DNA from: Gammaproteobacteria bacterium
Lineage (GTDB): Bacteria > Pseudomonadota > Gammaproteobacteria > Eutrophobiales > Eutrophobiaceae
Direction: 5' to 3'
Length of the DNA stretch: 58,306 bases
NCBI GenBank assembly: GCA_047620145.1
Contig: JBLHKO010000004.1
Coordinates: forward strand, 1-58,306
Position 1 is the stretch's first letter. Every line of letters starts with the position of its first letter. The notes under the pieces were generated by a model. It did not search any database. It was not told the origin of the DNA and saw nothing but the letters and a program-made list of their open reading frames with translations. Made by a program: the position numbers and the translations under genes. Positions 1 through 10,879 of the stretch are shown here, piece after piece.

Positions 1-1065
<1,065 letters not shown>

Positions 1066-1325
1066 TTATTTAATACCATCATTAAAATTAGCCAGTATTA
1101 CAAATAGATAGGGGGTGGAGTGCTTATCGATTCGCTTGGAGTGCTTTGAATCGTTGTTATGTTCGATAAGGCCTGTTTTTTGTTCCATATTTCGCGGACG
1201 ATGCTACCAGATATGAGTATTATTCTCCATCTAGAAGCGAGTAATTTAGGTGATTATTCAGAACTATTTCGAAACCGCATCTTGGGCACAACCTGTTTTT
1301 AGACATCAATCATGTAGAATGCCCT

Positions 1326-1389
1326 GCTTTTTGTGCCTGGCATATTGTGCCTAGCTTTTTGTGTTTGGCTTTTTGTGTTTGGCTTTTTG
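1326..1389. repeat. 14-bp tandem repeat, about 4.6 units (gctttttgtgtttg consensus)
   Basis: Units read directly: gctttttgtgcctg / gcatattgtgccta / gctttttgtgtttg / gctttttgtgtttg / gctttttg. Lies just upstream of the EamA gene. Confidence 0.9.
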
Positions 1390-1406
1390 AACCTGCTATC
1401 TTAAAA

Positions 1407-2288
1407 ATGACTTTAAACGAATCAACTAATCTACCTCGTGCTGCTTTCGCGGTAACCCTTTCGGCACTGATGTTCGCATCAATGGGTGTCGCCGTGCGCT
1501 ACGCTTCTGATTCACTTCCAAGTGAGATATTAGTATTTCTAAGAAACATTTTTGGACTTTTATTCCTCTTGCCCTGGCTCTATCAAAGAGGATTCATCAG
1601 CCTTAAAACAAATCGTCTGTCAGCGCATATCGCTCGATCCGTGACTGGCTTGGCAGCGATGTACTGTTTCTATTATGCCATTGCTCACTTACCACTGGCA
1701 GAAGCCGTATTACTCAACTTCAGTTCACCTATTTTCACCGCGATTATTGCCATGATTTGGCTAGGCGAAAAGGCCACACGAAAAATTATGTTGGCTATTA
1801 TTATCGGCTTTTCAGGTATATGTCTGATCTTAAAGCCAGGCTTAGGAATTTTGTCAGCTGCTGCTTTGGTCGGTTTAATTTCTGCTGTATTTGCGGCGAT
1901 AGCAATGGTGACAATTCGAAATTTGTCAAAAACAGAGCCCACTTATCGTATTGTTTTTTACTTCAGCGTAACTGCAACACTTATTTCTGCCATCCCCATG
2001 TTCTGGTTTTGGCAAACACCCGATTTGAAGCCATTAGTGGCAATGGTTTTTGCCGGGTTGTCAGCAACACTCGGTCAACTCTTCTTGACGCATGGTTACA
2101 GTCTCGCGCCCGCTGCAAGAGTTAGTCCCTATAGCTACAACACAATTCTCTTCGCTGCAGTTTATGGCTGGATATTCTGGTCTGAAACGCCCGATATGCT
2201 CACGCTGTTCGGCGCAGTACTTATCGTCTGCGCAGGAATCATATCCCTACTAAGTAGGCCAACACGAAGTCTCACTGAGCCTGACTAG
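1407..2288 (+). CDS. DMT/EamA family transporter
   Basis: About 10 hydrophobic helices with a two-repeat EamA pattern (HIARSVTGL, LPLAEAVLLNFSSPIF, APAARVSPYSY). Start moved from 1347 to ATG 1407 because the upstream codons are tandem repeat. Confidence 0.9.
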   Translation: MTLNESTNLPRAAFAVTLSALMFASMGVAVRYASDSLPSEILVFLRNIFGLLFLLPWLYQRGFISLKTNRLSAHIARSVTGLAAMYCFYYAIAHLPLAEAVLLNFSSPIFTAIIAMIWLGEKATRKIMLAIIIGFSGICLILKPGLGILSAAALVGLISAVFAAIAMVTIRNLSKTEPTYRIVFYFSVTATLISAIPMFWFWQTPDLKPLVAMVFAGLSATLGQLFLTHGYSLAPAARVSPYSYNTILFAAVYGWIFWSETPDMLTLFGAVLIVCAGIISLLSRPTRSLTEPD

Positions 2289-2312
2289 ATTTGTCTCAAG
2301 CCCTTAATAATC

Positions 2313-4141
2313 TCAGGCTCGATAACGATACGCCTCCTCGAGCATCTGACGCGTGACGATGCCGAAAACCTTGTCTGCAGAAAGGCCGAGAGGTTTGATC
2401 ACATAAAGCGCTTCGGCATCAGACTCATCGAGAGTTTTAAGCGCTTGTTGTAAGGTTGCCTGACTTGAGATAGGTGCCAATTCTATTCTTTTTGATGGCA
2501 ACTCCAGTAAATCTATTTCTTGATCGAGATATTCTGTTGACGTGGATTCTCCTAGTCTGAATTCTTGTGACTTGGATTCTTGTGGCCTAGATTCTTGTAA
2601 CCTGGAATCGTCTGCATTGATTACTTCTAAATGGTGAGCTAAATCAACAGCTGGCATCAGAAGCTTACCTTCCTCCCGGTTAATAATAAGCCAGGTAGGA
2701 AGTTCTGACATAACGCCTTTGCTTTGCTGTTGGGTAAGTAACGGCTGCACGATGGCAAACTTATTATTCATCACTGATGTGACCGCCAGACGACGCAAGG
2801 ACTGGGCAATAGGATCCGCACGATAATCAAGACCAATCCCTCGCATTTGTGAGATATAAACAGAGTCATAAGCAAACAATTCTCTGGTTGCTAGATTGGC
2901 ACTGACAATCGCCACCATCCCCGGCAAAATAATATTTTGATTCGCAGTTAACTCAAGCAAGGCTACCAATGCAGCCAGTGGTGCTTGCAACGTCGCACCC
3001 ATCATCGCGCCCATACCTAGCATAGCGTACAGCCCAGGCTGTGAGATATTCCCAGGCAACAATGCAAACAAAAGCCCGAATAAACTACCGGCTACTGCAC
3101 CAATAAATAGAGTCGGACCAATCAACCCGGCAGGCAAGCCCATGCCAATGCTGATGACGGTTGCGATAAACTTCATCAGCAACACTAGTAGTAAAATCTG
3201 TATGGCTAATTCACCTAACAGGACATTGTTAACCGTATCGTAACCAATACCCATGACCTCTGGAGCAAGTAATGAACAAATTCCGACAGCTCTAAACCTG
3301 CAAGCGGAAACTTCAACCATACCGGCATAGTTTTTACCCTGATGCTTAACCATTTCAATGCCGTAATAAACATGGCGGCAATAACACCAATAACAATACC
3401 CATAATGACAATCAGCGGTAATTCCCAGTAAGAATAGAGTTCCAGTGCTGGCACACTAAAGGCGGGAGATTTTCCAAACACAATCCAATTGACAACGGTG
3501 GCACTAACCGCTGCCAGAATGACCGGTGTAAATCCGGCAATGGTGTATTCCATCAAGATGACTTCCATAGAAAAAATCACACCGGCCAACGGCGTATTAA
3601 ATGATGCCGCAATGGCCGCAGCTGCACCACACGCAACAAGCACACGAATACTATTGTTCGGCATGCGCAATTTCTGACCCAATAAACTCGCTGTCGCAGC
3701 ACCAAGATGGACACTAGGTCCCTCTCTGCCTACAGAATGTCCTGAGATAATGGAGATCGCGCCACCGAAGAATTGCAACAACATGTTTTTAACTGGAAGA
3801 TGACCTTCATGATATGCCAGTCGATCTAGAACATGGATAATACCGACTCTTGGTACAGTTGCTGAGGCAAAATAAAATAATAGTCCAAGCACAAGTCCGC
3901 CGACAGTACTCAGAAGTATGCGTACCTGCCAACTCAATGACTCGAAGTCATCTGGAGTACCTGCGGGGAGGATTCCAGATTGCGCCATTTCAATCAGTAA
4001 CCTAAACATGATGATAACCACACCAACCAATAGACCACTGATCAGCCCGAGCATGGCTAATAGAAACATTCCCCTGCTGCTTGCAAGCAACAGTCGTAAT
4101 CGCTCCAAGCTGTCAGAAAATCGATTAGGCTGCGTAGTCAA
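2313..4141 (-). pseudogene. ClC-family chloride channel/antiporter with C-terminal CBS-like region, split by a single frameshift near 3291-3293
   Basis: ORF 3215-4141 carries GREGP and AAIAASFNTPLAG. ORF 2313-3353 continues ICSLLAPEVMGIGY, GLIGPTLFIG, GMGAMMGATLQAPL. Adding one base at gca ggt tta ga gct gtc joins them into a gene of about 609 aa. May be a sequencing error rather than a true pseudogene. Confidence 0.85.
2544..2609. repeat. Imperfect 15-bp in-frame tandem repeat in the ClC C-terminal region
   Basis: gattctcctagtctg / aattcttgtgacttg / gattcttgtggccta / gattcttgtaacctg, encoding RLQES-RPQES-KSQEF-RLGES. Confidence 0.75.
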
Positions 4142-4313
4142 TTAGGGTGTGTTCCATAAAAGATTATTAGAGAATTTCTTCATAAAACGTTAGAATGTCA
4201 AGCTCGTAGGCGACATCTATCACCTATAATTATTAAAAAACCATCATAATGTTTTTATAAATTATTATCCTTTATAAAAATTTCAACCGGTAACTATCTG
4301 AAGGAGAGCCGGC

Positions 4314-5987
4314 ATGTCAGATATAGAAATCGCACAAAAAGCGAACATGAAACGTATTGTTGATTTAGCCAAAGACCAATATGACATCGAAAGTGAACAT
4401 TTAGAGCCCTATGGTCATTACAAGGCAAAATTATCGCTGAATTATATTGAAAGCCTGAAAGATAGAGAGGATGGCAAGCTCATTCTGGTCACTGCTGTCA
4501 GTCCAACACCAGCAGGTGAAGGTAAGACTACTACTACAGTGGGTCTGGGCGATGCATTAAATCGTATCGGTAAAAAAGCCATCATGTGCCTTCGCGAACC
4601 TTCACTTGGACCCTGCTTTGGTATGAAAGGTGGTGCAGCGGGCGGTGGTTATTCTCAGGTAGTGCCTATGGAAGATATCAATCTTCATTTTACTGGAGAT
4701 TTTCATGCCATTGGTGTTGCTCATGCCTTGTTAGCGGCAATGGTCGATAACCACATCCACCATGGCAATGAACTTGGCATTGACCCACGTCGCATCCAGT
4801 GGAAACGTGTCGTTGATATGAATGATCGCGCCCTTCGTAAAATTACCATTGGGCAAGGCGGTCCCGCCAATGGTTACCTGCGCGAAGATGGATTTGATAT
4901 TGTTGTGGCTTCGGAAATCATGGCGATTCTTTGTCTGGCAACCAATCGTGCGGATCTGAAAGAACGCCTTGGCAGAATCCTCATAGGTTATAAAAGTGAT
5001 AATAAAACAGCCATATTTGCAAGAGACCTAAATGCGCAAGGCGCCATGGCAGCATTATTAAAAGATGCCATTAATCCAAATCTTGTGCAAACCCTGGAGA
5101 ATAATATCGCCATTATTCATGGCGGCCCTTTTGCCAACATCGCCCATGGTTGTAATACCGTCACAGCAACCAAGACCGGTTTAAAACTCGCTGACTACGT
5201 CGTAACGGAAGGTGGTTTTGGTGCTGATTTAGGTGCTGAAAAATTTATTAATATCAAATCACGCATGGCTGGTCTTCATCCAGCAGCGGTTGTTCTGGTT
5301 GCGACAATTCGCGCAATGAAATATCACGGTGGTGTCGCTAAAGATCAACTGAATAATGAAAATCTCGACGCACTGGATAAAGGCATGGTTAATATGGAGC
5401 GCCATATTTCAAACATTACTGAAGTCTACGGCCTGCCTTGCGTTGTTTGTCTGAATCACTTCACCTTAGACACAGAGGCAGAAGTCGATATGTTAATGAA
5501 ACGCTGTGAGTCTCTGGGAGTTAAAGCGGTGGTTTCCAAACATTGGGCAGATGGTGGTGCAGGTGCCGAGGAACTAGCCAAAGTAGTTGCCGATGTCGTC
5601 GATAATAATCCAGGAACACATAAGTTAGCTTATGAAGACAGCGATTCTTTATGGGATAAAATCGAAAAGATTTCGACCAAGGTCTACGGTGCAGCTAGTA
5701 TTTCGGCCGATGCAAAAGTCAAAAAACAACTTGCCGACTGGAATGAAGAGTACGGCTCGTACCCTATTTGCATGGCTAAAACACAGATGTCATTCTCAAC
5801 CGATCCAACAGCCATTGGTGCGCCTACCGGACATAACGTCCATATCAGTGAAGTACGTTTGGCCAACGGCGCCGGTTTTATCGTTGCCATTGCTGGCAAT
5901 ATGATGACCATGCCTGGCTTACCCAAAGTCCCAGCAGCAGAACGTATCGATATTGATGATGATGGAAATATCTCAGGCCTGTTTTAA
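4314..5987 (+). CDS. fhs: Formate--tetrahydrofolate ligase
   Basis: 557 aa with [39 protein letters not shown] and TMPGLP signature motifs. SD (aaggag) upstream. Confidence 0.97.
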   Translation: MSDIEIAQKANMKRIVDLAKDQYDIESEHLEPYGHYKAKLSLNYIESLKDREDGKLILVTAVSPTPAGEGKTTTTVGLGDALNRIGKKAIMCLREPSLGPCFGMKGGAAGGGYSQVVPMEDINLHFTGDFHAIGVAHALLAAMVDNHIHHGNELGIDPRRIQWKRVVDMNDRALRKITIGQGGPANGYLREDGFDIVVASEIMAILCLATNRADLKERLGRILIGYKSDNKTAIFARDLNAQGAMAALLKDAINPNLVQTLENNIAIIHGGPFANIAHGCNTVTATKTGLKLADYVVTEGGFGADLGAEKFINIKSRMAGLHPAAVVLVATIRAMKYHGGVAKDQLNNENLDALDKGMVNMERHISNITEVYGLPCVVCLNHFTLDTEAEVDMLMKRCESLGVKAVVSKHWADGGAGAEELAKVVADVVDNNPGTHKLAYEDSDSLWDKIEKISTKVYGAASISADAKVKKQLADWNEEYGSYPICMAKTQMSFSTDPTAIGAPTGHNVHISEVRLANGAGFIVAIAGNMMTMPGLPKVPAAERIDIDDDGNISGLF

Positions 5988-6036
5988 AAGGTAAGGGTTA
6001 TCTGATTCAGAACTAATACGAGAGAGGTCTAATACG

Positions 6037-7023
6037 ATGCCACCCGACTTAGATACACAAAAGTGGATGTACCAGAATATGGTCAAAAGCCGCTATTTCG
6101 AAGAGTGCGTCGAACGCGCCTACCTTGAAGGTAAGCAACCTGTATTTAATATGGCCAATGGTCCTATCCCCGGAGAAATGCATCTTTCCAATGGACAGGA
6201 ACCTTGTGCTGTTGGTGTTTGCGCCCATCTAAATTCCGATGATGCTGTATTCGCAACCCATCGTCCTCACCATATTGCAATTGCAAAAGGCGTCGACCTT
6301 AAAGCCATGACTGCTGAGATCTTTGGCAAGAAGTCGGGGTTTTCCGGTGGCCGTGGTGGACACATGCATCTATTTGATACCAACGTTAACTTTGCCTGTA
6401 GCGGCATTGTTGCTGAAGGTATGGGTCCCGCAGTCGGTGTAGCCCTTGCTAGAAAGATGCGCAACGAACCTGGTGTTGCTGTCGCCTTTATAGGCGAAGG
6501 TGCGGCGAATCAAGGTGCATTTCATGAGGCGATGAACCTTGCTGCCGTTTGGGAACTGCCGTTTATTTGTATCATCGAGGACAATGCCTGGGGTATTTCA
6601 GTTGCTAAAACTGATGCAACAGCGGTTCCTAGAAACGATGTTCGAGCCGCAGCTTATGGCATCCCCGGAGAATATATCGAAGGTAATGATCCCTTAGCTA
6701 TCTATGATGCCGCAGAACGCGCAATCTCCAGAGCGCGTGCGGGAGATGGACCCAGCCTGATAGAAATTGAGACCTATCGTCTCGCCGGACACTTTATGGG
6801 CGACGCCGAAGCCTATCGTCCAGAAGGAGAAAAAGATGCGCTTTTCGCCAAGGACCCAATCCCTTTATTTCGAGAACATTTGTTGAAGAGCAGTGATCTA
6901 GACGAGGCTGCATTGAAAACAATTGAAGAATCTATGCAAAGCGATGTTGATGAAGCATTTGAGTTTGCCAGATCAGCGCCTGAACCAAAACCTGAAGAAG
7001 CATTAGAAAAAGTCTATGCATAG
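6037..7023 (+). CDS. TPP-dependent dehydrogenase E1 alpha subunit (AcoA/PdhA-like)
   Basis: GEMHLSNGQE, THRPH, GRGGHMH, TPP motif GEGAANQG...EDN, TYRLAGH, KDPI. Confidence 0.92.
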   Translation: MPPDLDTQKWMYQNMVKSRYFEECVERAYLEGKQPVFNMANGPIPGEMHLSNGQEPCAVGVCAHLNSDDAVFATHRPHHIAIAKGVDLKAMTAEIFGKKSGFSGGRGGHMHLFDTNVNFACSGIVAEGMGPAVGVALARKMRNEPGVAVAFIGEGAANQGAFHEAMNLAAVWELPFICIIEDNAWGISVAKTDATAVPRNDVRAAAYGIPGEYIEGNDPLAIYDAAERAISRARAGDGPSLIEIETYRLAGHFMGDAEAYRPEGEKDALFAKDPIPLFREHLLKSSDLDEAALKTIEESMQSDVDEAFEFARSAPEPKPEEALEKVYA

Positions 7024-7032
7024 GAGAGAATA

Positions 7033-8052
7033 ATGGCTGCAGCTAAACGTAAATTAACCACAGCAAAAGCAATCAGCGAAGCTATCTCTCAGGAAATGGA
7101 TGCTGATGAAAATGTATTCGTCATGGGCGAGGATATTGCCAAACTCGGCGGCGTCTTTGGCACAACTACTGGTTTGCTAGATAAATTTGGATCTGAACGA
7201 GTTCGCGATACGCCTATCTCAGAAACCGCATTTATCGGTGCCGCTGTCGGTGCCGCTGCTGCAGGTATGCGACCTATTGTCGAACTTATGTTTGTGGACT
7301 TTTTCGGTGTTTGTATGGATGCAATCTATAATCTAGCTGCAAAGAATTGTTATTTTTCAGGTGGTACGCAACCTATTCCTATGGTGTTGATGACATCGGT
7401 GGGTGGTGGTTACGGTGATGCTGGGCAACACAGTCAATGTCTATATGCTACCTTTGCGCATTTACCAGGGATGAAAGTCGTGGTTCCTTCTAATGCTTAC
7501 GATGCCAAGGGGCTGATGCATACGGCTGTCGCTGATGATAATCCCGTAATCTTTATGTTACACAAAAACTTACAGGGCATGGGTTGGTTAGGGACAGTAA
7601 AAAGTTCCATCGTTGATGTCCCTAAGGAAGTTTATGGTGTCCCATTTGGTAAAGCAGCCATCGTACGCGAAGGTAAAGATATTACATTAGTTGGACTCGG
7701 CGTAACGGTACACATGGCGCTTGACGCCGCAGAGCAATTAGAAAAAGAAGGGATTAATGCAGAAGTCATCGACTTGCGGAGTCTGGTACCACTGGATCGT
7801 GAAACAATAATCGAATCAGTTTCTAAAACAGGTCGACTACTGGTGATCGATGATGACTACATCAGCTATGGGGTTACCGGCGAAATTATTTCATCAGTCG
7901 CAGAACGAGATAGTAGTGTATTCAAAACATCACCGCGGCGCATTGCATATCCGGACATTCCGATCCCCTTTACCAGACCGATGGAACAATTTGCCTTACC
8001 TAATAAAGACAAAATATTTAATACTGTCAAAGAAATAATGATAGCCAAATAA
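7033..8052 (+). CDS. TPP-dependent dehydrogenase E1 beta subunit (AcoB/PdhB-like)
   Basis: MGEDI, RVRDTPISE, GMRPIVELMFVDF, PSNAYDAKGL, IDLRSLVPLD. Starts 9 bp after E1 alpha. Confidence 0.92.
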   Translation: MAAAKRKLTTAKAISEAISQEMDADENVFVMGEDIAKLGGVFGTTTGLLDKFGSERVRDTPISETAFIGAAVGAAAAGMRPIVELMFVDFFGVCMDAIYNLAAKNCYFSGGTQPIPMVLMTSVGGGYGDAGQHSQCLYATFAHLPGMKVVVPSNAYDAKGLMHTAVADDNPVIFMLHKNLQGMGWLGTVKSSIVDVPKEVYGVPFGKAAIVREGKDITLVGLGVTVHMALDAAEQLEKEGINAEVIDLRSLVPLDRETIIESVSKTGRLLVIDDDYISYGVTGEIISSVAERDSSVFKTSPRRIAYPDIPIPFTRPMEQFALPNKDKIFNTVKEIMIAK

Positions 8053-8055
8053 ATA

Positions 8056-8283
8056 ATGGATATCACCATTACAAACGACATTGTTGAAGATGGCGCAGAT
8101 GCGATCATTTCCATCTGGTATTTTGAAGATGGCGATGAAGTAGAAAAAGATGCAGTACTGGCAGATATCATGGTTGAAAAAGCTGCTTTGGAACTTGTTG
8201 CGCCATGCTCAGGCATCCTGACGATCAAGATGGAATGTGAAATAGTACTCAAGGAAGGTGATGTTGTTGCCACGATTGAATAG
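8056..8283 (+). CDS. Stand-alone lipoyl/biotinyl carrier domain protein
   Basis: 75 aa; WYFEDGDEVEKDAVLADIMVEKAALELVAPCSG aligns by eye to the lipoyl domain, with the hairpin Lys in VEK. Followed by a stop and no E2 catalytic domain. Confidence 0.85.
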   Translation: MDITITNDIVEDGADAIISIWYFEDGDEVEKDAVLADIMVEKAALELVAPCSGILTIKMECEIVLKEGDVVATIE

Positions 8284-8430
8284 TGGCGTAGTTCTAAAAA
8301 GAATTAATTGTCTGCCCTGTCTCGAATATCAGTCTGCTGACTTTCTGCATCTGCTCTAAAAATTAATCATGTAACAGTGTCAAATCAGGCAACGAGTCTG
8401 CCTGTTAATTCTTTATTGTTTTAAAAAATC

Positions 8431-9921
8431 CTAAACTATATATCCGTAGCGTGCATTATCTCGCAGCTCAGCCGTGTTTGTGAATTTTTGTTTTAGTTGA
8501 GCAATACCATCATTTTCCACGGCTTCTTGTGCCACTTTCGTGTCAAGATTATAGAGCTTCGCAGAATTCAATCCAAATATTTTATTTTTCACTGCACCAT
8601 CAGCCGGTCCAAGTGGTGCAAACCCATGCTTCTTTTGCATGTCTTCAGGAATTTCCAATCGACGCAAGGCCTCAATTTGCCATTGTGGTGATCCGTACCA
8701 AACTGAGTCTGTTCCCCAAACCACATGATCAACGCCTAATCCTTTTATAAGCGTACCCAGTAAGGCGGCAGCAAAACGTGGGTTAGCTGTTGCAGAATTG
8801 GCAAAGCAAGTCCCCAAATCTGCATACACATTACTCACACCATATTCTTCAGGGATGCGAGCTAAATCACTGGCCCATTTAATTTCACCTGTCGCTTCAA
8901 ATTCTGCTAAAGCTTGATCGGGTAATTCAAAGGCGGGGCGTAGACAAGCGTGATAAATAATAAAATTCATCTGCGGCCAATCTTTTGCAGCCTTACCGAT
9001 ATCCCAAGCCGAGGCGTATTGCCAAACATTCGGCCAGCTTTTTTCATAGTCCGCAGGCAACAATCCTTTATGTATCGCGATATTCCTAATACCCGCTTTA
9101 ACAGCCTTTTCATAAAAAGGATACATCAACTTTTCATCATCCAATCGCCATGGATACTGCGTCGTTGCAGTTAATGGATCACCGATGGTATAGGCCTTCC
9201 AGGAATCAGTATGTCCAGTCTCAATGACTTCATTAACCTTGTCCAGCCATCCATCTTGCTTTGGAGTAATCACAAAATGGCCATACATGCGTCGGCTGCC
9301 GGCAAGTTTATTGATAGTCTCTACCGCACCCCGAATTTGATCATTAGCAAGAAACCACCAACTTGGATCATCAAAAGGTGCACCACTCAATAACGCAATT
9401 TTTGTATCACTATTCAAAAAGACTTGTTGGATATAATTTTGGAATTTTAAATCGCTGAGTGATAGCTGATCCTTTGTCAGCCCGGCTTCCCAATGATCGG
9501 CTGCGAAACGAGGAATATTTAACAATCCATCATGTTTGAATTCATCGTGAACAAAATGAGTTTGATCGTCAAAGATAAATTGGTTTTGTAGCGAATTAGC
9601 ACGTGCCATCGCACGTTCTGGCTCTGCAGCTTCGGCTTGGTTGACCATAAACAGTGGTCCAAAGACATCGTTCATTGCTAAAAATGCTGCAGCCATCCCC
9701 GAGGCACTCGTCAAAAACTGTCTGCGACTGAGTCCTTGTTTCTTTCCTAATTCATCCGCCAGCTGTTTTATCCGATTTTCAACGTTCTTTTGTTGTTCCG
9801 TTTGTTTCGTTGGCGTAAATTCGCCATTGGAAATGATTTGAGTAGGTACAGGAGAACTAAAGGCATCTGTTTGTGCAGACTTAAATTGTTTTAATTCCTC
9901 ATCACTAAATAGTTGTGTCAT
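8431..9921 (-). CDS. Amidohydrolase-family (amidohydro_2-like) metalloprotein with internal twin-arginine-like motif
   Basis: DDQTHFV, IAIHKG, FIIYH and VWGTDSVWYGSPQWQI metal-site motifs; SRRQFL followed by a hydrophobic stretch at about aa 65-90. Confidence 0.8.
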   Translation of the reverse strand: MTQLFSDEELKQFKSAQTDAFSSPVPTQIISNGEFTPTKQTEQQKNVENRIKQLADELGKKQGLSRRQFLTSASGMAAAFLAMNDVFGPLFMVNQAEAAEPERAMARANSLQNQFIFDDQTHFVHDEFKHDGLLNIPRFAADHWEAGLTKDQLSLSDLKFQNYIQQVFLNSDTKIALLSGAPFDDPSWWFLANDQIRGAVETINKLAGSRRMYGHFVITPKQDGWLDKVNEVIETGHTDSWKAYTIGDPLTATTQYPWRLDDEKLMYPFYEKAVKAGIRNIAIHKGLLPADYEKSWPNVWQYASAWDIGKAAKDWPQMNFIIYHACLRPAFELPDQALAEFEATGEIKWASDLARIPEEYGVSNVYADLGTCFANSATANPRFAAALLGTLIKGLGVDHVVWGTDSVWYGSPQWQIEALRRLEIPEDMQKKHGFAPLGPADGAVKNKIFGLNSAKLYNLDTKVAQEAVENDGIAQLKQKFTNTAELRDNARYGYIV

Positions 9922-10006
9922 ATAAAATACCTGCTATGGGATATATAAATTAAAACTGCAGTGGATAAGTATCAACAGGAAAGTCATTGTATATCTGTAT
10001 CACCAT

Positions 10007-10855
10007 TTATTTATTATAGACATAAAAACCACGGCCTGTCTTACGCCCTAGCCATCCTGCTTCGACATACTTAACTAACAAAGGACAAGGACGATATTTA
10101 CTTTCCCCTAATCCTTCATGCAATACATTCATGATCGACAAACATGTGTCCAATCCTATTAAATCAGCCAAGGCCAAAGGTCCCATAGGTTGATTAGTTC
10201 CCAATTTCATGGCTTGGTCAATATCTTCAGCACTGGCAATACCGTCGCTGAGCGTAAAAACGGCTTCATTGATCATGGGTAAAAGAATGCGATTCACCAC
10301 AAATCCCGGGTGATCATTGGCTTCAATAAAAACTTTACCTAATTTTTCTGAGAAAATTCTTATTTTTTTAAATGTGTCATCTGAAGTCTGAAGACCACGA
10401 ATTCCTTCTACCAGGGTCATCAGTGGCACTGGATTCATGAAGTGCATGCCGCACACTTGAGTTGGCCGTTTTGTCGCACCGGCAATTTTTGTGATTGATA
10501 TCGATGACGTATTTGAGCAGAGTAAGGCATCTGGTTTACAGATTTCATCAAGATCCCTGATAATTTTTAGTTTTAATTCCAATTCTTCAGTCACCGCTTC
10601 AATGACACAATCACAATCACTTAAATCATGCATTTGAGTTGTGGTTTTGATATTTTTTATGAGCGAAGATTTATCATCACCATTCATCTTTTCTTTTTCT
10701 ATGAGACGATCACAATTTTTAGCAATGGTTTGCATGGCTAAATCCAAAGCATGCTGATTAAGGTCAGTCATGACTACGTGATAACCATTTTGAGCAGTAA
10801 TTTGCGCAATGCCATTACCCATTTGTCCTGCGCCGACGATACCAATACTTTTCAT
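10007..10855 (-). CDS. hbd: 3-hydroxybutyryl-CoA dehydrogenase
   Basis: GIVGAGQMGNG Rossmann motif, SNTSSISIT, GMHFMNPVP, GFVVNRIL, QPMGPLALADLIGLD, GRKTGRGFY. Confidence 0.88.
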   Translation of the reverse strand: MKSIGIVGAGQMGNGIAQITAQNGYHVVMTDLNQHALDLAMQTIAKNCDRLIEKEKMNGDDKSSLIKNIKTTTQMHDLSDCDCVIEAVTEELELKLKIIRDLDEICKPDALLCSNTSSISITKIAGATKRPTQVCGMHFMNPVPLMTLVEGIRGLQTSDDTFKKIRIFSEKLGKVFIEANDHPGFVVNRILLPMINEAVFTLSDGIASAEDIDQAMKLGTNQPMGPLALADLIGLDTCLSIMNVLHEGLGESKYRPCPLLVKYVEAGWLGRKTGRGFYVYNK

Positions 10856-10879
10856 ACTTCCTCCAATATAATGTAACTT

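Noticed and set aside
1326-1389. CRISPR array (also considered for the other tandem repeats)
   Set aside because: Units are 12-15 bp and abut with no spacers; no cas genes in the window.
3280-3330. Programmed ribosomal frameshift in the ClC gene
   Set aside because: No X XXY YYZ slippery site or obvious stimulatory structure at the junction.
8386-8404. Terminator hairpin caggca/tgcctg between the lipoyl gene and the amidohydrolase
   Set aside because: 6-bp stem with only weak U-tracts; plausible but not strong enough to list as a feature.
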